Shown here: positions 12,528-23,744 of the stretch, in pieces
How positions within the stretch are numbered: the stretch's first letter is position 1
Layout of the letters: each line of letters begins with the position of its first letter
Assembly (NCBI GenBank): GCA_048772705.1
Contig: JBLWGC010000182.1
Coordinates: 1-64,000, forward strand
Source: Leidyana gryllorum EB-2025a
Lineage: Eukaryota > Protista > Apicomplexa
DNA: 64,000 bases
Direction: 5' to 3'
Notes under the pieces: generated by a model
Told to the model about the DNA's origin: nothing
Databases searched by the model: none
The model's input: the letters and a program-made list of their open reading frames with translations, nothing else
Program-made: the position numbers and the translations under genes

Positions 12528-12698
12528 TCTAAAAAAATCACAGCGACTGTGCTTCAAGGGATCTGTTCTTCAGTCCACCGCACTGTCTCAGCAGAAATAC
12601 TCTGCAACCAACTCAAACCACGAGGATGACGGCGTCTCGAGTCCTAGTGCGACACTTGGATGAGCGAGAGGGACTCGAGACTGCTGAGTGGTGACGGA
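12528..12698. repeat. Solo diverged copy of the ~165-bp core of the 375-bp array unit
   Basis: AAAATCACAGCGACTGTGCTTCAAGGGATCTG...GAGACTGCTGAGTGGTGACGGA matches the array unit. Confidence 0.95.
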
Positions 12699-12879
12699 AA
12701 ATCGGCCTTTAGAAGGCGAGTGGAGCCTGAAGTAAGCGCGACCGGTTGTTTACAATTTCGATGGAGCGCAATGGAGCCTACTAGTCTCAATCTTCCGTAA
12801 AGGCCCAATATGAGCTCTTCACGTCTATCTCTGTACTGTGAATACGATGTTGCAGATGATACGGTCGCGTTCGCGCGAG

Positions 12880-12960
12880 GGCAGTTCCTCGTGCGCGGAA
12901 TCAGTCCCTCGTGCGCGGAGGCAGTTCCTCGTGCGCGGAGGCAGTTCCTCGTATGCGGAA
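12880..12960. repeat. 20-bp tandem repeat x4 (GGCAGTTCCTCGTGCGCGGA)
   Basis: Directly visible, about 200 bp upstream of the 441-aa ORF. Confidence 0.9.
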
Positions 12961-13126
12961 GGTATGTTGATGTGAGAGTATTGGTGTACCGCAAAGTTGC
13001 TTTTGGGTGCGACTCGCTGTGAGTTTTACCCATCGAGTGCATATCAGCCACGAGGCGCGGATTCGAGCCGCGCTGGCGCGCCGACTTTGACTAGCGGCGT
13101 TTTCTGCGGCCGAGGGTAAGGACAGC

Positions 13127-14452
13127 GTGATCGTAGAATCAGTTGGGTGTTGCAGAATGAGCATTACTGCATTGGATAAGTTGCGCGATAGTTTCCCTTT
13201 CAGTTGGAAGGAAGATACATTGCAGCACTTACGCTCCTCATTTCTGTCGCCGTGTACCGCGTGTCGGAATAAACGTGTCGAGGAGGCGCTTGATGATTTG
13301 ACTCGCGATCTACAGAAATACATCAATGAGTGCTACAACAGAGACGTCATACCGGAGCTGGATTCCTATGACTTGGGGGCGTCTCTGTTGAGACGTCTCA
13401 AGCAGAACGTTCGGATGGAGGCGAGATCATTCGGTCTGCGGGGATCAGTGATGAACGGGTTCAAGCAGCTCATCGCAGAGCTGCTGGAGGTCGAGTCGAA
13501 GCTTATTAAGGACGAGAAAAAGTCCTTACGCGCTCCCAACTATATGTATAGCGGAAGCCGTTCGGAGCGACCTCGACTTTGGTTTCTGATCTCCAAAGTT
13601 GAGCCGAGAGGCTTAGACAAGGCGGTTCCGAAAAAGAGATCTTTCTGGCGAAAGTTGTTGCCCTCACGGCGCAGAATTCGGCGGACCCCAAGATTTGGGG
13701 TAATGGACCGAGTTGAACGCGTTCTCAACAAGTATGTAGCCGACTTTGCTGCTTACCGAGATGCGTACAAAGCCCTCTACTATCCTGAACCATCGGAAAC
13801 CGAGCAACTGTTGGCAGACCATGTGAGAAATATGCACTTTTGGCTGAGCAGGTTCGAGCAGCTCGGACGGCAGCTCGGCCTTCCTCATGCGTTGAGGGAT
13901 ACTATAGATCTCGAATGTATCTTAGCGCGTCGGCTGACTCCAGAGTTCCTCCAAAAGATGCGAGATGGCCCAAGCCAGTCTAACTGCCGTGCCTGGCGCC
14001 CCATGTTGGACCCAGTGTTGGTTCACGCGCACTTTAGGGAAGTCGAAGACATTCACAACCCCCGGCCATACTGTGTTAGACCAAGCCGCGTCAAGTGGAA
14101 GATAGATAGCCATATCGCACTTGAGGTGGTCGACCGGCGAAACAGATTGATCGAGAGGTTCGTCTTTGATGTCGAGTGCCTCGATTATGATGCCTATGAG
14201 CCCTGGTGGCCAGGAAAATCATTGCAGAATCAAGCACAGACTCTAAAGGCCTTGACCTCAGACCCTCAGGTCTCGACCGAAGACCTGAGCTGCTCTTCCT
14301 CAGACTCGGACTCAGACTCAGAGCGAGATGACTCGTCCTCACCGCTCCGCCACTCGTCCGCAGAGATGCACTCCTGCTCTGATAGGAAGGACCCTACTTC
14401 AGAATCTACTGCCCCCGAAACACAAAACCCGAATGTGGTGTCTGCACAGTGA
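13127..14452 (+). CDS. Hypothetical intronless protein (about 430-441 aa), Ser/Asp-rich C-tail
   Basis: Long uninterrupted ORF, first ATG near 13157; no motif recognised. Confidence 0.65.
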   Translation: MIVESVGCCRMSITALDKLRDSFPFSWKEDTLQHLRSSFLSPCTACRNKRVEEALDDLTRDLQKYINECYNRDVIPELDSYDLGASLLRRLKQNVRMEARSFGLRGSVMNGFKQLIAELLEVESKLIKDEKKSLRAPNYMYSGSRSERPRLWFLISKVEPRGLDKAVPKKRSFWRKLLPSRRRIRRTPRFGVMDRVERVLNKYVADFAAYRDAYKALYYPEPSETEQLLADHVRNMHFWLSRFEQLGRQLGLPHALRDTIDLECILARRLTPEFLQKMRDGPSQSNCRAWRPMLDPVLVHAHFREVEDIHNPRPYCVRPSRVKWKIDSHIALEVVDRRNRLIERFVFDVECLDYDAYEPWWPGKSLQNQAQTLKALTSDPQVSTEDLSCSSSDSDSDSERDDSSSPLRHSSAEMHSCSDRKDPTSESTAPETQNPNVVSAQ

Positions 14453-14827
14453 TATATGTCCGTGTGTCCCAAAGAGGATACGTCCATGACCTCCTTATTC
14501 TATGATAAAAAAGCAACATTGTGAGAAAGAAGGCAAAGACCTTAGCCCATTTATGAATGACTCGATGCTCGATCGGCTGCCAGCAGGGCAGTTCTACAAA
14601 TAGTGAAGCTAACCGTTAGGAATCGGTTCAGGCATTAGTTGTAGCGCATTGGGACTGCTGGTTTTGTCTGATCAGACCCAGGAGGACCACAGCTGTGCTG
14701 CAAGTCAATGGATTTTCTTCAGGTCCCGCAGAAAAATCTGGCAGAAAACGGCCCCGCTCGATCGTGTTTGTTTTCCTTCACCACAGATCGCACTCGCTCA
14801 GATCGCACTCTTTTGACTTCTGACAAG

Positions 14828-15214
14828 ATGACTTACATGGTGGTTAATCCTGACCTCGACGCCTCGCCTCTCTTCGGGGCAATTTCCGTGAACGATACCG
14901 GGATCATGACCAGTCTGAAAAACCATGACCCTCAGCTTCTGAACAAGAATGATGGTCAGGGCAACACTCCTCTCCATGTGGCTGCTGCTTATGGGGCCGT
15001 CGCGGCCGCAGAGCTTCTGATACAATGGGGGGCGAGCAAACAGCCCAAAAACAACAACGGCGAGACGCCTTTCGAGGTGGCTATGGCCAACGGCCAGCCC
15101 ATGGCATCGGAGTATCTGGTGCCGCCTCCAGGAATATTAGACACCCAATATCGGGTAGCATACAGCCGACATATTGGTACAGTGAGGACGCAGTCGTCAT
15201 CCAGAGCGATCTAA
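14828..15214 (+). CDS. Small ankyrin-repeat protein (start may be at 14708)
   Basis: GNTPLHVAAAYGAVAAAELLIQWGA and NNNGETPFEVA ankyrin consensus. Confidence 0.85.
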   Translation: MTYMVVNPDLDASPLFGAISVNDTGIMTSLKNHDPQLLNKNDGQGNTPLHVAAAYGAVAAAELLIQWGASKQPKNNNGETPFEVAMANGQPMASEYLVPPPGILDTQYRVAYSRHIGTVRTQSSSRAI

Positions 15215-15661
15215 TACAACGAAGTGCTTCAGTCCGCCCCTCATCACCCTATTGACTTGACAAATTACCGCAGAGGGGTGTGATTGGATTGCACTATTTA
15301 TTGAGCTCTTTTTCTGAGCGGGTCCGATCTGTTTTTCACAGTGGATGGTTCTCTGCCTTTTGACTCGAACAATTTGAAAGTGACCTATTCGTAGATTCCA
15401 GCAAAGTTACCCAATGCATTCTCAAACTTGTACTCAGTCAGTCAGTCAGTCAATGGGACACGAAGCCCCCGTAGCTGTTGTGGGGGTGGGCTGATGGCCG
15501 CGTTAGCATCAATGGGTGGCAGAGAGAAGTTGAGTGTCCCCATAAAGAGAGTGATTGAAGTTCAAAGGTTCGCGGGCCATCAATGTACTTAGAAACACGA
15601 AGCACCCAGTGTGTTGTGGCTGGCTAATGGAGACTTGCTTTTTATGAGAGCGACGAGTGCT

Positions 15662-16377
15662 CTACAGGTTGCAGTCATCATCTTCAATGGCAACTTCTCC
15701 GGCAAGCCGCATTTCCTCTTCAATCTTGGCCCTTTGCTCGTCAGTCATGACAATCTCGGGCTTGTGGGCGAACTCGCCACGGAACTCGAGATCTCTGTGG
15801 TTGGTGAGGGCACGGGCGAGCCATAAGAAGGGCTTCTCGAAGTTATAATTGCTCTTGGCCGAGAGATCGTAGTACTGAATGTTCTTCTTTCGGTGGAACT
15901 GGATGTTCTTGGCCTTCACTGCGCGCTCCTTGACATCAACTTTGTTTCCGACCAGAACGCACGGGATCCCAGGGCAGACACGGTCCAAATCACGGAACCA
16001 TCCTGGGACCGAGCGGTAAGTGACGCGGGATGTCACGTCGAACATGATGATGGCGCAATCTCCACGGACGCTGGAGGAGGGAGGGAGCGATACATTGAGG
16101 CAGCGCTGTCGAAAACCACTTACTAATATCCGTCACGGAGGCCGGAGAACTTCTCTTGGCCAGCGGTATCCCACACATTGAAGACAAGAGGGCCATAGTT
16201 GGTCTCGAATCGAAGAGGATATACATCAGCGCCCAACGTAGGGACGTATTTCTTCTCGAACTCGCCCGACAAGTGGCGTTTTACAAGAGTGGTCTTGCCC
16301 ACTGCACCATCTCCAACGAGCACGAGCTTAAAGGTCGGGATAGTGCTCTGAGCAGGGGGAGCGGCAGCACCTTCCAT
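15662..16377 (-). CDS. RAN: GTP-binding nuclear protein Ran; intron 16071-16123
   Basis: [38 protein letters not shown] and acidic C-tail. The GTAAGT..CAG intron restores LRDGYYVRGDC. Confidence 0.98.
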
Positions 16378-16674
16378 TTTCGATACACTACCAACACACC
16401 CACAGGTTGCTACTGCAAATTTTTTTCTCTCACACTGTCGCTTTTGCGACGGTCCCAGTCGTTTTTGGAGACTCCATCCACCTAACCCTAATCTATCATT
16501 CAGGCTGTGGCGAATGCAATGTCACTCTGAGCTGTGAATAAATGCCCCACTGAAGGAGACATTGCCCCCAATAGCTCCAGGTAGAAACGCAGAACCGATG
16601 CGCACAAGCTTTCAATATTGTGATGCCACTGTTGAAACAGATTCCCACCGACTTCACTCACACCCACTCCCCTC

Positions 16675-19600
16675 TCACCTTGTCGGCCTTCTCAATCTCA
16701 CTCTGAATGTGGTGTCTTCGTGTTTCGTCGTTCCCAATATACTTTGACGCATGAGTAGGAACCAACCGATACCGAAGCCCCCCAATGTCAGATTGATTCT
16801 GAACCGAATCAAAAACCGCAGAGGCGGGAACTTGTCTGAAGCCAACAGTGAAGCGAAGCGACGGACAACGAGGCACTTTGGGTGAAGAGGCACTTTGGGT
16901 AAAGAGGCACTTTGGGTAAAGAGGCACTTTGGGTAAAGAGGCACTTTGGGTAAAGAGGCACTTTGGGTAAAGAGGCACTTTGGGTAAAGAGGAACTTTGG
17001 GTAAAGAGGAACTTTGAAGACATCCAAATCAGATTAACCAGAACACCAACAAGACAACAGTCACACTGGTAACGGCATCCACTCACTCAGTGTCGCCCCC
17101 GTGAAGTACTTCTTGACTACCCCTCTCACGGTGCAGAGCTCGCGCACTCTGATTGGCCTACAAGGACAACGAGGTCTGTCACCGCCACCCAACATCTGGT
17201 TCACACGTACCACGAATATCAACCAGTCAAAGGGTGTGCCTTGACGCGTGTGCCTTTTGGCACTGCCCAAATCACTATAGGCTTCAGCGCGAACGCACGA
17301 CTGAGAAAGAACAACGACAACGTGTGAGTGTGTGCGCCTGTGTCTCCCTGTGACTTACGGTGACATGTAAGCTCGATAAGCGACTTCGAACAGCGAAAGC
17401 GTATGGAATCAGCTTGACATTCTGATAAACAATCTGAACCATATGGCTACTGGGCTGGTTGGTCGCATGACCAGCCATTATCATTGGATTGAATCTTCGC
17501 AGGATTGGTGGTGCGTATGAGGTCTCAAGAGCCACTCGCCAGTTACACCGAGTCTTCGCTAGTTCTTGAGCCACCATTCCGCTATGTGTGGGGTGTAGAT
17601 TATTTACCGCTTCCAGCCAATTGACACCATCGATCGCAGTGCAGGGAGGGAGTAGTAGGAATGTGTTATCTAACTTGGCGCAGGGGCCGTCAGAGGGGGC
17701 CAGATCTGGGAAGGCCGCCTGTGGTAATGAGACGGACGAGCTTTTCATCCATGTGGTCAAGTCTTCGTTGGACGGAAGGGGTGCTGCTTTACTGCTGCGA
17801 TCATCCTTGACACTTCTTTTCCGTTCTGGGCGTTCCGTTCCGGCTTGAAGTCGTGAGTTGGTACGGGACGGACGGTTAGAAGAGCGTGTCACGGGCGGTT
17901 CTGTGTCATCTTCTTGGTGCATCATCACCTCTCCATCGGTCACAGAGGGCTGACTGCCTGATCTGTTCCGACGGAGGGTGGTGGTAGTGGACTGTTGCAT
18001 AAAGTGATTCCGCCACCTCGTCTTCCACTTGGGATGAGATGCGGTTGTTGTCATTGTCGTATCCACGAGTCGTTGTATGTCGATTTCAACACCAAACGCA
18101 TTCAGCGTTCGACTTGCCGGATTAATGTTTGCAGGGGAAGGTTGTCCGGGGTAATCCTCAGCCATGACGTCATATTGACCTCCAACCGCGATGGTGGAAG
18201 TCTGAGTTTTCAGACGTACGCAATCGAATTGGGCGTGTCTGCTGGTGTTGGGTGGATCAGTTTTGCTGCTGGTGCCACCACCAGCTGTTGCCGTCACCAC
18301 ATAGTGTAGGAACACAAATCCGCGCTCGGAGTTGAACAGCATGGTATCAAAGTCCAGCGAGATCGTAAACAGTACCCGTGTCATCGCGATGCGACCGAGA
18401 GCTACCGCGAGAGTCTCTTCGAAACACTCAATATGGCTCAGCATATCATTCAGAGCAGCAACTTGCGGATCTTCAGATGGCAGCAGCACTGTTTTCCGAC
18501 GTTGCTGAGCGACCCAGTCGGTGGCTTTACCCCTATGATGGAAGAGCGATGTGAGGAGAGACTGGGATTATTAAACGGGGTGCTTACGTGAAGTGTCGCC
18601 ACTCATCGACGAGTTTAGCATATTCGGTGAAATCAGCGCTAATTTTACCGATGGCGATCTCAACTGTGAAGATCTCTCGCAGTCGCTGCTTAAAGGTCTG
18701 AGAATCGTACATTGTAGATCGTATATATGCCCCCAGCGAGGAGGCACTCTCTTCAGGGATCTTCATGAACACTTTGAGTAGCAACGGAACCACAGCGCCG
18801 TAGGTATACACCGACTCTGTGTCACCCAGCCACGGAGTGAATGTGTTTACCATACTCCACAGCACCCGCACGGGTTCAATCTCAAAGAGAACTTCACGCT
18901 GAATTCGATCTTGTGTGTGGCCTACGCGCAACTCGTCAATACGAATCGCCGCTCACCCCGACTTACTCTCTAATGTTCTTTCCATGACGTCCAACTTGCC
19001 AAAGTTCACTACGCTGTCGAAGACGACACGCAGATGTGAGCACGGCTGAGCCCGTTGAGCGTCGGATGGTTGAAAGAGTTTCTTGGTTTGCTGGCGGTAC
19101 ACAGGCTCCACAGCGAAACGTCGGATGACGCTAGCGACTTGAATGGTTGGCAAAGTTGCTTGCATCGACCGCAATAGGCAGTGTGGTAATTCCAAAATCT
19201 CTCCCGTTGGAGTCAGTAGTTGGAATGGCTTCGATGTCGTCGGAGATGATCGATATGGAGGGGGCATCACAATGGGTAAATCGACTTGAATAGCATTCAG
19301 AGTTCGACATAGAGAATTAATATAACTTTTCACTTCGGTGACCACTGCCGATGATGCGATGGGAGGTATCTTATACTGAAGAGCACTTCTGAATCACCCC
19401 AGCGGAAGTTATATTGATGTACTCACCTTTTCCCAAAAGCTTCGACATCTCTGGTCAGCTTCGCAGCGAGCAAATAGAGAATTCAGTAATCTCAACATCT
19501 CATGAGAGTAAGGGTGGGCCATCAGATTCGCCAAAGTCTTCTCCGCCTTACTGACCGTCTGCACAGGAATCGACCGGAGCAACTGGGGGGCGGACAAACG

Positions 19601-21396
19601 TTCCGACGGCTCACGAGACAGCAGAGATGCTATCAGTCTCGCTGCCACTTTATCTGTTACGCCTTGCTCCGCGGCGCTTCGACCCTGAGATTCCAACAGC
19701 CGAGTCAAAGTCACATGGCGCTCCATTACAGTCTTCGGGGGAGGCACCAGCATCTCAAAGAGTATAACTCCCAAAGCGAACAGGTCAGCCGCTTGATCGT
19801 ATCCTCCTATAGACCTCTCCACTTCCGGAGCAATGTAGAACTGCGTTCCCACGCCGACTGTCTGACAAGCCGTGTCTTTACTCAACCGAGGTTGGCTGCT
19901 GACCGATGGCCGGGCCACCACATCTGGTTCACGTTCTATGAAGGTACTCAGACCAAAGTCCCCGATCTGAAACAAAGAGATCAAACGAAGATCACCCACC
20001 TTACCTTTACTGTCCACGACAGCTTTCGTGGATTGTAGTTGGTGCTGTTCTGAGGTTCGCGATGTAACTTGAGAAAGACATTCTCGGGTTTCAAGTCGCG
20101 ATGGACAAAGTGGTGTTCATGAATGAACGCCACCCCTTCACAGATCTGACGGAAACTCTCCCAGACTTTCACAATGTCGCCAGAGAAACTCGACTGATTA
20201 ATGGCTTGCCGCAGCGTCATCCCGTCCACGAACTCCATGGCAATGTACAGATAGCGCTTGACTTGAACACCGCCGGCTACGGGGGTGGTTAACACGTTGC
20301 GAGCGGCTCGGTGAAAGTGTGTCATCGCCCCGTTCACTGGAGTTCGCATCCGCTCTTCACTGCTCGGCTCCGGGGGGTCTCCCGTGCCCCTCAGAAACAT
20401 GACTTCCTGTGAGCTCTCGCTGAGACTTGATGGCGACTGATCTCTCTGATGAGAGGTGAGTCGTTTCGCAGGCGTACTTGCGGCTGCGGGGCGGGGGACG
20501 CAAGATGATCCGGAAGAGGAAGAAGACCCGGAAGAAGATGAGCTCTCATCTGAATCGGACGAGCTTTTCCTATGACGCCTCCGCCGACACCTCGGCGAAC
20601 CTTCCACTGATGATTGTGGCCTTTGCTGCTTATCGACTTTTTTGAGTCGAGGAGGGTCTGCCACTGCGGACAGACTGCTTCCCTCGGCTCTCTCCTCGTC
20701 AGCCCCGGAGCTGATTATAGGGGTGCCTTGAGGCGGAGAGGACGAGATGATCTCCTCGCTGCTGGTATTATCGCTCTCGCTTGCACTGGACGACGAAGAG
20801 GAGGATACACCTTCCGAGCACGAAGCCAACAACTCTTGTCTCAGGAAGGCAGCGAGAGCGGGTTGCGCATGGATCACGCATCCAGACTCAGATCCATCAC
20901 TAGAATGTCCGATACTGCGCTCAGAGGAAAGCAAATGTCGGGAGGATACTCTGGCACTGGATAGGCCACCGCGGGTTGAAAAATAGAAAGGCGTTGATGT
21001 CTTGGGGACCAATGGGGGTGGGACGCGTCGGCTGCTACCCAGCAGGTCGCTAGATGATATGGTCGTGGTTAGGGGTCGTGGGCGTCCCTCCTCGAGCCAT
21101 GCTGAGAAATATCGCACAATGTACTCATGATGCAGACTGGCAAGGTTAGATGCCTCTCGTAGCACAAAGGCATCGGACTCTGGGTCGTTGGAGGAGGGCA
21201 ATGATATACGTTTGACGGCAAAGTAAAGGTCTGTCTCATCTTCATTATGATCCGATTGTAGGGCGGCGTGTCTGCGGAGTCGGCACTTAGCCACCGAACC
21301 GAAACCTCCTGCTCCTATGAAGCCTACCTCCTCGAATTCAGTCTCATATCGGCTCTTCGAAGGGGACTTTCGATTGAGCGGCGCCGACGTGTCCAT
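16675..21396 (-). CDS. GCN2: GCN2-like eIF2-alpha kinase with long kinase insert and C-terminal HisRS-like region; multi-exon, 3' end approximate
   Basis: SRYETEFEE, GAGGFGSV, FAVKRI, HEYIVRYFSAW, LYIAMEF, HRDLKPEN, K|IGDFGL (spliced), VGTQFYIAPE; downstream IAVGGQYD...AFGVEID resembles the HisRS motif 3 region. Confidence 0.88.
16870..17016. repeat. 17-bp minisatellite GAGGCACTTTGGGTAAA, about 8.6 copies
   Basis: Directly visible; probably lies inside a ~250-bp intron of the kinase gene (GTGAGT near 17087 to CAG near 16836 on the minus strand). Confidence 0.95.
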
Positions 21397-21465
21397 ATTC
21401 CCAACTCATTATCTCGTCGCGTTCACCCACCCTGTTTTAGGAGATGTTAATGCATAACTACGCTC

Positions 21466-23651
21466 TCAAAAATTGTGCTCGAGTAGCTGAAGTCTTCTCA
21501 TTCGGTATAATTGGGAGGGATGCAGCTCCCCGTCTAGTTCCATACACAATCGGGCTGCCACCTTGTTATCGTCCTCAGGTAAAGTGGTGAGGCACATTGA
21601 CCCCCAGCGAATGGTATGCCATGTTCCTGGCAATGCCACTTTTTCCACCTCGTCAGGGGTCATGGCTTCGTAGTCCAATATCTGATGAGCCAACCTGAAC
21701 TCGTCTTCCCAATAGAATCCTCCATATTGCATTGGACTACGTTTACTCAATACCTGATGAGGATTGCTGCACTTCTGCAAATCCACATCAACTTTGAAAT
21801 GATTTCGCTTGAGTGTGCTGCTCTTTGGAGCCATTAGACACTGATGCTTGCCCAGCTCCCTCAGCGTCATCCTCACTCTATTGCCGGTCACGCTTACAGG
21901 AACATACTTCCGATTGAAAGAAACAACCTTCCCAACCGTATCGGCCTCGGCCTTCTCACTAGACGTCTCGCCCAACCGCGGCAGAGACCTCGTGGGGAAC
22001 TCATCACCCCACACAGTCCACTTTTGTGACTTCCGAGAGTTGTCACAATCGACCATTCGCAAAACAACGGTGGACTCCCCGTCAGCGTCGGTCTCACTCT
22101 CTCGACTGAGACACTGTGGAGGCCCAGAATCCTCATCTTTGTTCTCCTGTTCTATCATAAAGGAGATCATAGGTATCATATCCTTCATCAAGAACGCATT
22201 GCGGAACTGACGAATGTAGCTGCACAACGCATGTGTAGATACCCCCCGCACCCTTAGTACCAGCACTCACTCATCAAAGCTGCGCTCACGTGTCAAACGC
22301 TTGCGCAGCTCCCGCCTCTCGTCCAGGGGATGGTCAGGATCCTCCTGATAGGCATCACGAGCTCTGCTGATCCGAGGACTCTTGTAAACACGGTCTCGCC
22401 ATCGATCGAACCACACCTCCACCAAACGCACTTTGTTGTACGCCACCTTGTTTCCATCGACTTGATAAGGGAACTTGGATCGAAAGACATGTGACACTTT
22501 TGAGTCGCGGGCGACCACTATCTCGCCTCCCGCCTGCCACATACGCAGTGACTGCTCGATGTTCTCCGAACCCCAAAGCCTCATTCCTGGATCCAAACCT
22601 TCGGTCTCGGTCCACCAATCTTGTGTCAACCCCAATAAGCCGCCTGACATACAGGGGACCTCGTCATTGTCGTCCTCGAACCAGTTGAACGCCAGATCCC
22701 AACCAAACATCATTTTGTATCCAACTACGAACCACTCAATTGAGAAGAAGAAGCTGAAACACACCTGCCAACGACGTTACATTCCACGTATCGGGTTGCA
22801 AGATAGGGATAGCGGGGACTACTGCCCTCTTGGGCGATATGTTCATTTCCCGCATCAGATATGCCAGCCACTTGGGCTCGGGCTTCACATGACCGTCCAG
22901 GAAGACGATGAAGGATCCTTGACTCATATTGCCGCCATAATGCTTTGCTCCTATTAGGCCCTAATCTGACTGTATATATCGTGGTACACTCCAAAAAATG
23001 TCAACTCACCAACCGCTTCTCAGATCGAATGATCTTCACTTTGGGATTCTCCAGCACATGAGCTGATACCGCAGTGGCCAACGGTTCTTGGTTATCATCA
23101 TCTATCACCAAGATCTCTTCCAAGCTCAGAGCCAATGTCGAATTCAATATACTTTGGAGAGTTCGGTCGATAAACTCGTGCTCCTTGTGCGCTACTATGA
23201 CCACCGACACTCCAGAATGTTGCTGACCAACAGTACCGCTACCTAACTGCCGCACCGCCGCAGCAGGCAAGGTATGCATATGCCATTCTTCCAGCATATT
23301 CCCCGGAGCCTCCTCCAAGGATTGCTCATCCACGCTCGTCCGTCCACGCAGCTCGCCTGCCAGCTTCGGCTCCAGATACATACGTCGATGTACATGGTCA
23401 GTCAGCAAAGAAAATACGAAAAGCTGTACTGTCCAAGTGGCTATCAGGTGGCCCAAGAAGGGCCACCGTGCAGTCAGATTCACGTGACGTAGCGCAATGG
23501 AGCACCCACTGATGATCAACCAAATACCATTGAATGGAACTGGAAACACCACAGAGAGCAGCGGCAACAACAATAGCAGACTGTAGCGAATGCTAGTTCG
23601 TAGGACATTCTTACGCGGACCCTTCAGCCTTATACCGAAGGTTGCCTCCAT
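21466..23651 (-). CDS. Polypeptide N-acetylgalactosaminyltransferase (GT27) with C-terminal ricin-like lectin; multi-exon
   Basis: N-terminal TM segments; SVVIVAHKE, EILVIDD, GLIGAK, FLDGH (DxH), MSGGLL, WGSENIEQSLRMWQAGG, VSHVFR; last exon QCL...DCDNSRKSQKW (ricin QxW). Confidence 0.92.
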
Positions 23652-23744
23652 CTCACGTCAATAAATTTCCTCCTTCATATATCGCTTACAAAGTGCCCTG
23701 ATGCAGACGTGTTATACAAACGCGCACGTGTGCGACAGACCCGT

